Below are positions 53,461-64,000 of a stretch of 64,000 bases of DNA, piece by piece. Positions within the stretch are counted from its first letter, which is position 1. Each line of letters starts with the position of its first letter. The notes below the pieces were generated by a model. It did no database searches, was not told the DNA's origin, and worked only from the letters and a program-made list of their open reading frames with translations. The stretch is from Octopus vulgaris. Taxonomy: Eukaryota. Location: the NCBI GenBank assembly GCA_951406725.2, contig OX597837.1:46252001-46316000 (forward strand), given 5' to 3'. Position numbers and translations under genes: made by a program.

Positions 53461-54569
53461 GAGTCAGTGTCATGCCTACCATTGCTGTTGTTGTTGCTGG
53501 TGGTGCTACCGATGGTATTCATTCTGGTGGTGCTGTAGCTGGGGCTGTTGGTGGTGGTGGTTATGTCAGTAGTGTTACTGCCTCTGCATATGTTAGAGGG
53601 TTGAGATATGTGGTGCATTGCTGTACTCAAGAAAACCTGCCCACCTCAACAGGGTTGATATCCTAAAACTAAGGTGCCATGTAAAAAGCACCCAGTACAT
53701 TCTGTAAAGTGGTTGGTGTTAGAAAGGACCTCCATCTCTAGAAACTAAGCCAAAACAGACTATGTGACTTGGTGTGGCCCCAGGCCTTGCCAGTCCCTGT
53801 CAAGCCAGCTAGCCAGCCCATGTCTGCATGGAAAATAGATATTAAATGATGATGAGGTGTGTATGTTTGTATAAGCTGGCCTCTGTGCTGATGGCACGTA
53901 AAAGCACCGTTCGAGCGTGATCGTTACCTGCGTTGCCTTACTGGCACTGGTGGTACGGGAAAAAACATTTGAGCAGGGTCTTTGCCAGTTCCGCTGGACT
54001 GGCTCCTGTGCAGGTGGCACATAAAAAGCACCATTTAGGTGTATCCACTGCCAGTACCACCTGACTGGCCCTCGTGCCAGTGGCACATAAAAGCACCCAC
54101 TACACTCTCGGAGTGGTTGGCATTAGGAAGGGCATCCAGCTGTAGAAACTCTGCCAGATCAAGATTGGTGCCTGGTGCAGCCATCTGGTTCACCAGACCT
54201 CAGTCAAAATCATCCAACTCATGCTAGCATGGAAAGCGGACGTTAAACAATGATGATGATACATCATCATCATCATCATCATTTAGCGTCCGTTTTCCAT
54301 GCTAGCATGGGTTGGACGGTTCAACTGGGGTCTGGGGAGCCCGAAGGCTGCACCAGGCCAGTCAGATCTGGCAGTGTTTCTACAGCTGGATGCCCTTCCT
54401 AACGCCAACCACTCCGAGAGTGTAGTGGGTGATTTTATGTGCCACCGACACAGGTGCCAGACGAGGCTGGCAGACGGCCACGCTCGGATGGTGTTTTTAT
54501 GTGCCACCGACACAGGTGCCAGATGAGGCTGGCGGACGGCCACGATCGGATGGTGTTTGTTACATCTGA

Positions 54570-54780
54570 CTATCGCGGGTGTTACGTTCCAAAACCCCAC
54601 CTGGTAAGTGAAAATCCATGAAATAGAAACAGCACTGTACAGTATGTTTTTTGAAATTATTTTTATGACTTTTATATATTTATGTTATCATAACTGCAAA
54701 ACAACACCAGAAAGGAATTGATGTAAGCTTGATTAATAAACCACGGCAGGTGAATTGTGATGTGGTGAGGGATTACTGCA
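54570..54780. mobile_element. Tigger/pogo-type MITE remnant
   Basis: CGCGGG..TTACGTTCC..ACCCC...GTGAAAATCC and a ...GAGGGATTACTG end resemble Tigger-derived MITE termini. Confidence 0.35.
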
Positions 54781-54882
54781 TCTATACTTTAATATTAAAG
54801 CTGCAGAGACATTACAAAAATATCACAAAAAGCTGCTACTCAGATTTTCCCATTCCCATTCATTGGGCATTTGTGATCACAA

Positions 54883-54920
54883 CTGCCTGATGAACAGGAA
54901 TGTGTAACTCTGAGTAGCAG
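54883..54920 (+). ncRNA. Minimal type-I hammerhead-like motif with one core substitution
   Basis: CTGC-CTGATGA-ACA(GGAA)TGT-GTAA-CTC(T)GAGTA-GCAG; GAAA reads GTAA. Confidence 0.6.
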
Positions 54921-55019
54921 CTTTTTGTGATAAAGCCTATTACTCTAACTCTGGTATCCGAGTACTATTTTGTATCTACCTTGTTTCACATTGATGTACT
55001 CACTTGGGTATATATATAT

Positions 55020-55709
55020 AATCCCTCTCTCACTCCAACCATCCGGTCCATCTAGAGTAGCACAACATTTGTCAGTAACGAGGACTTTTGAAAAATCTGT
55101 CTTCATGTAGTCTTCTGTCCATTTCACTCTATTTTGCTTATGAACAGCTTTCAGAGGGGGGGTGGCCTTGTAACAGGTTTTCCGTTCTTGACTACCTGCT
55201 TCAAGAAGCGACACCTGGTAGATTTCAAAATGTCTTCCCTACCACAATGTTTGAACAATTCTTGACTAGGCAGACACGCGTTCTTCACACTTTCCCTCAT
55301 TATACATGACAGGGTGCGCCTGGAAACACCCCTTGATTTACCCTTGTCAGCCCTCAAACAGACAGCAGAAGACTCCACAGATTTCTTCACTGTTTGATGA
55401 TCTCTTCCCAGGATCTTTGATATTTCCAATGTCATTTTTGTTTTTCTAAGCTCTGAGACGATGGTGGACTTCTCATTTAATGTTAAGTCACGTTTTTGAC
55501 CCTTAATAACACTTTTATTGGGCACTTCCCTAATAATCTAGGACAGTAAAATTGTTGCTGCTTTATGGGAATGGCCTCCGTTTTTTTACATTTGTGTGGA
55601 TCCAATTTATTTTACTACAGAATGCGCAGGCAGATGTTGCCATCATTCAGTGAAAAAATATCTGGATTCAAAGGAATAAATATTGTTTTTTTCGAAAAGT
55701 AGATCAGTG
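55020..55709 (-). mobile_element. Tc1-family transposon 5' fragment (frameshifted transposase)
   Basis: TA|CACTG terminus at 55709; HTH region ...LEISKILGRDHQTVKK..., RPP.L, W...DFSKVLVTD...LDGPDGW. Confidence 0.8.
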
Positions 55710-57430
55710 TATAAAGGCATGTGTGTGTGTGTGTGTGTGTTTTAATCCAAAATGGAGACAAATATTAATGTTCCACGTAGTAGTTTTGATAATTATTAAT
55801 GACTTCCTTTACATGAAACCAATGGTAGACTTAATCCATAAATAAAGAATATTTATCCACCAAGGCAATGCTGAACACTCATCCTCATTGTTTAGTGTTT
55901 ATATATATATATATATCATCATCATTCATTGTTTAATGTCCGTTTTCCATGCTAGCATCGGTTGGACGGTTTGACTGGGGTCTGGGAAGCCAGGAGGCTG
56001 CACCAGGCTCCAGTCTGATCTGGCAGTGTTTCTACAGCTGGATGCCCTTCCTAATGCCAACTACTCTGTGAGTGTAGTGGGTGCTTTTTACGTGCCAGGG
56101 GAGGCTGGCAATGGCCACGATCGGTTGGTGCTTTTTACGTGCCACCGACACGGAAGCCAGTCAAGGCGGCACTGGCATCGACCACATACAGATGGTGCTT
56201 TATATATATATATATATATATATAAGAACAGGTATGACTGTGGTAAGAAGTTTGCTTTGCAACCACATGGTTCTGAGTTCACTTCTACGATGTGGCATCG
56301 TGGGCAAGTGAGTGGCTACAGTGAGTGGATTTGATCATTAAAAAATGAAAGAAACCTGTCTCCCCATAAATTAGGTGTTCTGTGAAAGAAACTGGTGGAA
56401 TAAGTACCAGGTTTATACTGGGGTTGATCCATTGAACTAATACCATTTGAGGTGGTGCTCTTGTCTAAGACTGAAACAAGTAAAAGATAAAGAAATAATA
56501 TATATATATATGTATAAGTGCAGGAGTGACTGTATGGTAAGAAGCTTGCTTCCCAACCACATGGTTCCGGGTTCAGTCCCACTGCATGGCACCTTGGGCA
56601 AGTGTCTTCTACTATAGCCTCAGACCAACCAGAGCCTTGTGAGTGGATTTGGTAGATGGAAACTTAAAGAAACCTGTTGTACATATATATATGTGTGTGT
56701 GTATATATATATGCCATAAAAACCCATGCAATTTTGTAATCTATGCACATTTTTTTTGCAAAAACAAAAATAAACTTTAGTGGGTGCGTAAATTACATGA
56801 GTAGATCATTTCCAGAATTTTTACAGAAATTGTTTTTTGTTGAAAAATGACGTATGGGAAGTTGACCCATTTAATGTCAGAATAAGTTTTTACAGAAAAA
56901 ATATAATGAAGTTGGCTTTTATTTATACTGGACTTATATATAATGCTTACTTTTTCTGCATAAATTTACTAAAACCATTAAATGGTTGACTACTTTTTGA
57001 AGTTTGACGTTCATGCTTGTACCATGGGCCAGGCCATATTTTACTTGGAGTTTCTACCTATTGCAATGGAGCCCAGCAATTTCCTTAAATAGATCAGTTT
57101 TTCTCCACTTAGGGAGTGTAGCTTGCGTTTGCACCAAGAAATTATTTGCTTGCTTTCTTCATGTTCTGACAGTGAAATTCTTCACCGCTGATATCAGCCC
57201 TTACTGCATCTAACATTGACAACAACATCATAATTCATCCTTGCGTATGTAAACTCATTTATCTTGTATGATGTCTAATGTCGTTTCACATTCATGTTGA
57301 ATTATGCAGCAATTTGAACTCAGAATCTAAAGATGGATGAAATACCACAAAGCATTTTGCCCAGCATGCTAACGATTCTGCCAGCTCGTTGTCTTAAACA
57401 CTATGTTTATATTGATTTCACATTTTTGCA

Positions 57431-57530
57431 NNNNNNNNNNNNNNNNNNNNNNNNNNNNNNNNNNNNNNNNNNNNNNNNNNNNNNNNNNNNNNNNNNNNNN
57501 NNNNNNNNNNNNNNNNNNNNNNNNNNNNNN
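57431..57530. other. Assembly gap (100 N)
   Basis: Run of n characters. Confidence 1.
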
Positions 57531-59054
57531 AAACCATTATTAGGCAAATCAAACAGTGAAAAACAGAAATATAAATCTAAGTAATCTATTTCAGATTTTT
57601 AAATTTCTTCACATCCCTTCTATGAAATTTTTTTCACTTTTGACACTTTAGAGACATCAGGTCATTTCATCTTGTTCACAAGATCTGATGTCTCTAAAGT
57701 GTCAAAAATGAAAAAATTGATGATGTATGTGAGAACATTTAGGTAATTTGTTCGATTAAATCTGTTGTCACTCACTGTTGTTACCTTTAAGCGCTGCCTC
57801 GACTGGCTTCCGTGCCGGTGGCCCATAAAATACACCAATCCTCGCCTGGCACCTGTGCAGGTGGCACGTAAAAAGCACCCACTACACTCACGGAGTGCTT
57901 GGCGTTAGGAAGGGCATCCAGCTGTAGAAACACTGCCAGATAAGACTGGAGCCAGGTGCAGCCTTCTGGCTTCCCAGATCCCCGGTCAAACCGTCCAACC
58001 CATGCTAGCATGGAGAACGGACGTTAAACGATGATGATGATACTATATAAATACTGATTGTTATTTGATGTTGAAGATATGTATATAATTATTAGATTAT
58101 AACTCTATGTTATTTGTAGAGCGAAAGAGATATATAGATCGTTAATAATTATAGGTTTTTTTTAAAAGTTAGGTTACTGGTTTATAATTTGATTTTAATC
58201 TTTAATTATATTATATTAATATTTACGTATGTAGTATTGGATTAATTAATTTATTTATTTTTCTTTATATGTCTATAAATTTATTGATAGCATAAATTTT
58301 AGATTTTAATCACTATATTTGTTGATAATAAGTTAGTTATTATTCTGAAATATTTTATAATTATTAGATTTGAACTTAAATTTAAAAATATGAATAGTGA
58401 TTATTTTTTTTGTTAAATAATTTGGTAATTAGATATTGACTATTACTGAGATTAGGTTATTCGTCGTGAGTTTATTAGGTTTTTATAGCCATTTTATATC
58501 TTAATGGATAAATACATTTTCTATCTATTTTTACCTTAAAAATTAATATTTAACATTATAATTGGATTGTATGACATAATCCTAATCATTAAAGTTTCTA
58601 ATTTGATAATAGAGTTTTTTATAAGAAAAATTATTATTTTATTTATTTCTTAAAAAATATTGTTTAAATATATTTGCTTATTTATTGACTATGATTATAA
58701 TTCGAATTGGGTTATGGCCATGAAACGTACGTAGTGGTTTTACTTATATTTTATTAAACTTTTTAATACATTTTTGACAGTTATATAAAATAAATAAATA
58801 TAAATATTAAAAAATTAAAAGTTAAAAAATTTATAAACTTAAAATTTAAAAAATATAAAAATTTACAAATATAAATTTAAATAATTTAATTTTAATTTTT
58901 GTGTTTTGGTTTATGTTTTTCACTGTTTGATTTGCCTAATAGTGGTTTTATCTCTAATTTAATTTATATTTATGCTATGAAATTTGATTTAATCTTAAAT
59001 CTAATTTTTCCCTGTAAGTTTGGATTTACTCCCTAATATGATTATTATTATTAT

Positions 59055-59092
<38 letters not shown>

Positions 59093-59460
59093 CTTTCAAT
59101 GGTTTTAGTCGTAGGACTGTGGCCATGCTGGAATCATTATTTTTAATGGTGGAGCTTGAAGTAGACAAAGCTATAAATAATGGTCTCCCATTTTGGCACA
59201 AGGCCAGTAATTTCATGGAAGACGATGATGTCAACCTCACCACTTAACTGATTCATATTTCACAGAACCTGAAAGGTTGAAAGGTGAAGTTGACTTCGGT
59301 AGAATTTGAACTCAGAACATAAAGACAGATGAAATGCTGCTAAGCATTTTGCCTGGCATGGTAACAATTCTGCCAGCTTACCACCTTAGATAAGGCTACA
59401 TAAATAATGGTATGGAGAATATTGGGTAAAGACAAATCCCCTTGGTTGAAAAAATTCAAA

Positions 59461-59529
59461 AATTGCCCAAAGGACTCAAACTTACACCTGTAAACATGAC
59501 AGATGTCTTACCTTTATACCAAAGCAACC
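59461..59529 (-). pseudogene. Degenerate tRNA-like sequence
   Basis: GGTTGCT-TTGGTATAAAGGTAAGACA...GTTTGAGTCC..GGCAATT: acceptor-like pairing with A/B-box-like segments; anticodon arm not convincing. Confidence 0.3.
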
Positions 59530-62500
59530 CTTCAAATTTTTCCATCAATTTTAGCAGTTTTGTTTTATCAGTGACATTTACGTTTGTCATAAGAATTTGA
59601 CATGAAATAAATCGGTTTTTTTTTGTTAAGTGGAGGAATTGACAGTAGATAAAGCTAAAAATAAGACCAAGCAGATGTTAGTGACAAGATGTTTTGCAAA
59701 CAACTTGCTACAAGTTGAGAACTCTGCATACCGGAAGTCAGCAAGTGTATGGGGTCATCAGGAGAGAATGCACACCATTTCGGGGCCTACCTCTCGACAG
59801 CATCAATGTGCAGCGGCCTCCCCTCACCTTGACTGGCTTCCATGCCGGTGGCACGTAAAAAGCACCCACTACACTCACGGAGTGGTCGACGTTAGGAAGA
59901 GCATCCAGCTGTAGAAACACTGCCAGATCAGACTGGAGCCTGGTGCAGCCTCCTGGCTTTCCAGACCCCGGTCGAACCATCCAACTCGTGCTAGCATGGA
60001 AAACGGACGTTAAATGATGATGATGATATAGAAAGAGAGAGTGGGAGAAAGAGAAAGTGAGAGAGAGAGAGTGACAGACAGACAGACAGATGGAACCAAC
60101 AAATCCACTAACACACACCCTATAAAAAAAATAACAACAATCACTACAGAAAGAAAATCTTTCTAAGTAACGATCTTTTGCATTCTTTTTCACAGGAAGA
60201 GTGAAGAAGTAACGAGGATTTTGTGATGTGCATGCATTTTCTAATGCACTAAATCCGTTTGTGGACGTAATGACACTGTCCTGTGTCTTTTAATCAAATC
60301 TAGAAGCAATCAATAATTTACCAGAATAACTAGCTTTGTAATTTATACACTGGTGTCAGGAACATAATTTAATGAAAAGTTTCTTGCATAAAAATTATGA
60401 TGAAAGTATTTCAATTTGCATATTAACATTTCAAAATGAAGAATTTTGTATCATGGAAGCAGAAACGGTCCTCAAAGAGGAGGAATTTAGCAAAATTACT
60501 TGTTTTCATTTTGTATTTGTTTTGCAAGATTTTTGATGTGAATTTGTGTCAAGTGTCAAGAGGGTCGTTGTGCTAATTAGTTATTTTCTCATTTAATTAA
60601 GTGTTTTGAATACATTTTCATAAAACAAAGTTCTTACATATAATTATGATGGGGTTTTAATTTAAAATCTTTTATCGTTTACTTGTTTCATTAGACTGTG
60701 GCCATGCTGCAGCACCACCCCAAAGAATTCTTAGTTGAATGAATTGATCTCAGTATTTATATTATTGTTAAGCCGCATACTTTTTATATTGGTCTCTTTT
60801 TGTTGAACTGCTAAGTTGTGAGGATGCAAACACACCATCACCAATTGTCAAGCAGTGGAAGGAGGGACAAACACAGACACACACACACATGATGGGCTTC
60901 CTTCAGTTTCCATCAACCAAATCCACTCACAAGGCTTTGGTCAGCCCAAGGGTATAGTAGAAGACACTTGTCCAAGGTGTCACACAGTGGGACTGAACCC
61001 AGAACCATGTGGTTGGGAAGCATGTGGTGGGAGGGGCTAGTTGATTACATTGACACCAGTATCCAACTGGTACTTATTTCATCAACTCCGAAAGGGTGAA
61101 AGGCAAAGTCAATCTCGGCAGGATTTGAACTCAGAATGTATAGGACAGACGAAAAACTGCTAAGCATTTTGCCCAGCATGCTAACGATTCTGCCAGCCTT
61201 AATAATAATAATGATAATAATAATAATAATTATTATTTCAGCTATAGGCACAAGGCCTGAAATTTGGGGGACGTGGGTGCTAGTGAATCATATCAACCCC
61301 AGTACATAACTGGTACTTGTTTCATTGATCCTACAAAGATGAAAGTCAAAGTTGACCTTGGCAGAATTTGAACTTAGATCATGAAGACAGATAAAAGGCT
61401 GCTAAGCATTTTGTCCTGCGTGCTAACGAGTCTATCAGCTTGCTGATTAAAATAATAAGAATCTTTTATGTTTAGTCCCTAAACATTATATCAAGAGATG
61501 CAGTAAGGAAAATGTGAATATGTGTCATTCATGCCTTTCTTAGGATTGGAGTCTAGTGTGTGTGAAGTGGAACAGTGCCACTGGAAGCAGAAATGGTAGG
61601 TTTGAAGTGAGGAATGGAACGGAGCAAATCTGGGGGTGAAAAAGAAGCACAACTTCATCTTAGAAACAGGGTACATGTGGATAGCTTTAAAGGGAGAGAG
61701 AGAGCAAAGGGGGTGATTGTATGTGTGTATATGAATGCATGTATACATAGGTACATGAGAGAGAGGAAGAAAAAAAATAAAGGGAGAGGCCCTTAGAACA
61801 TCATCAATAAGAAAAACAACAATAATTTGAACAAAAAAAAAACATGAATAGACTAACATCATAATAATAATAATAAAGAAACTAAGGAAGAGAGAGAGAG
61901 AGAGAGAATAAGGGGTTAACTTAAAGAAAGGGGTAGCAAAAAAAGGTCTGGTCCTTACTGTGACATGTTAAAGCTGTGATGAGAAGAAGAAAAAGTATTC
62001 TGTACATCATTGACAAGTTTTGGCAGAGACCAACCAACCAGTAGTGATGGACTGTATAAATTCCAGGGGGTGTTTAGTGTAAGGGAGCAGTTTAATTTAC
62101 TACACCCTCCGCGGTAGTGGCGATGGCAGTGGTGGTAGAGGTGGTGATTATGGATCAGGACAGCCTCTATTCACTTCTGCCCCTTATATAGATGCTTCTG
62201 GTAATAAATAGTAGTAGTAGTAGTAAAGGGTAGTGGTGGTGGTGGTGGTAGATGTAGTAGTATTAGGAGAAGTAGTACTTGTTGTAATAGTAGTAGTGGT
62301 AGTTTCGGTGGTGGTGGCGGCAGCATCGGTTGTGGGGAATGGTTTGGGTAGAAGCACTCACAGAACATCACCTCTCTTCTCTCTTTCAGCCAGTTACAGT
62401 TTCCCTTCTTTACTCATCTTTCTTCCAGCCTCTGCTACCCCCCCCCCACCCTACCCACCACCTGCCACACACACACACATATTTTCACCGATACACATAT

Positions 62501-62842
62501 ATATATACAATCATGTATACATACACATTTTCCTCACCACCACCTCTCTCTCCACACACACACAAATATATGCATTTATATATATATATATATATATATA
62601 CAGCTATGTATATAGATGTGTATGCATACATCTACATACATACATTTATATATATACACACACACACACATACATATATAAATATATTGCAACTTACACT
62701 TGTTGAATAAACATGTGCCCACTGTATGTATGTATGTATGTATATATATATATATATGTATGTATGTACATATACGTACATACAAAGTATTTGTAGAAAC
62801 TTGTTTATGAAATATCTATGGTGTTCATGTGTCAGTGACTGC

Positions 62843-62890
<48 letters not shown>

Positions 62891-64000
62891 CCACACAGAA
62901 TGAGAGAGAAGGGGTGGGAGGTTTAAGTGAAACACTCAAAATGGAAGGAGAAGGGAGAAGAGGAGGAGGAGGATGACTTGGAGAAGAGAGGAAGGTATGT
63001 CTTGGTATGTAACTAAGGATGGGTTAAAGTGCAAATCAATCAAAGGACTCACCCACCACCATCACCACCACCGCCATCACCACAACCACTGCCACCACCA
63101 CCTACAACTACCATAGAAAATGGTTTTATAGCTGAAATTTGGGACCCTCAACAAGTGTGTTTATGACTGATGCCTTATTTAATCGAACCCCTACGGAAAG
63201 GATTAAAAGGTGAAGTTGATCTTGGCATGATTTGAACTTAGAGCAAATAATGGTTTTGCATTTTAGCACAAGGCCTGCAATTTCAGAGGAGGGCAAGTCA
63301 ATTACATCAACCCCAGTGATCAACTGGTACTTAATTTGTTGACCCTGAAAGAATGAAAGTCAAAGTCAACCCCGGCAGAATTTGAACTCAGAACATGAAC
63401 AGACAGATGAAATGCCTCTAAGTATTTTTCCCTGCTGTACTAACGATTCTGCAAGATCATTGCTTTAATGGGATCGTCTTTTTCATTCGCAAAATGAGCC
63501 CCTTCCCCCTTAATTTTGCTCAGATTGCTTTCAATTTTCGTGTATTGATGCAACTCTGAATTTTGATTACAATCAACTAATTACTTGTAAATTAAAGAAT
63601 TTGATGTTATTAGGAATTAAAGTTGGGAAATTTGGATAATTTTAGCAAGGCATTAACAGTTTGTTACATTGACAAGCGCACCCTGTGTTGTGTTCCACCT
63701 GGATGCTGTGTATGAAGACAGCATGCAGGTGGAACATGCTACGAGATTTACTTCCAGATAACACCAGACAGTTAAAAGTAAAATTAACCAAATTAATTAC
63801 AGTGTTAAATACAGAAATAAGACTCTCTTACTTTCCACTGGCTGAGCAGATATGCAGCATAGTAAAATGACACAAACAAAGCAACCCCTCAGACACATAA
63901 AATCCTACATTTTCAATCATCCCAAAAATAGTTTGACAAAAGTTTTTACCACGAAAAAATATAGAGTAGGTCAAAAGTCACGCACAAACTAAATTCAATA

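Noticed and set aside
56712-57300. pogo/Tigger transposase fragment
   Set aside because: Only faint terminal and peptide resemblance, with many stops; not supportable without a search.
58040-58900. Mitochondrial insertion (NUMT) or rRNA fragment
   Set aside because: Only vague rRNA-like words (GTCGTGAG) and no recognisable mitochondrial gene. The flanking inverted repeat, shared tail and hammerhead-like fold favour a repeat element. Not called, but left as a testable alternative.
482-62926. Numerous ORFs rich in YI/HT/CV, poly-I or poly-Y in the six-frame track
   Set aside because: They are translations of (TA)n, (CA)n and (ATT)n microsatellites and SINE bodies, with no coding signal.

Overview
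Animal genomic DNA: AT-rich, dense in microsatellites and SINEs. The repeat families point to an Octopus-like cephalopod (inference). The main gene is a minus-strand fibulin-1/2-like ECM gene. I could splice 14 coding exons by hand from 36363 down to 6707, all with GT-AG boundaries and consistent phases, giving about 792 aa: three anaphylatoxin modules, 11 EGF/cbEGF modules and the fibulin C-terminal domain III. The signal-peptide exon was not found with confidence. The rest of the window holds tRNA-derived SINE families, decayed LINEs (RTE, R4/Dong-type, CR1), Penelope-like (PLE) GIY-YIG fragments, Tc1/mariner relics, piggyBac-type MITEs, a 37-bp minisatellite and a 100-N gap. The most notable hidden signal is a set of about 8 minimal type-I hammerhead-ribozyme-like motifs with palindromic stem III; the copy at 45758-45857 has an intact core. 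Several lie next to PLE remnants or in long fold-back palindromes beside (TA)n tracts. All calls come from manual reading; no searches were run.
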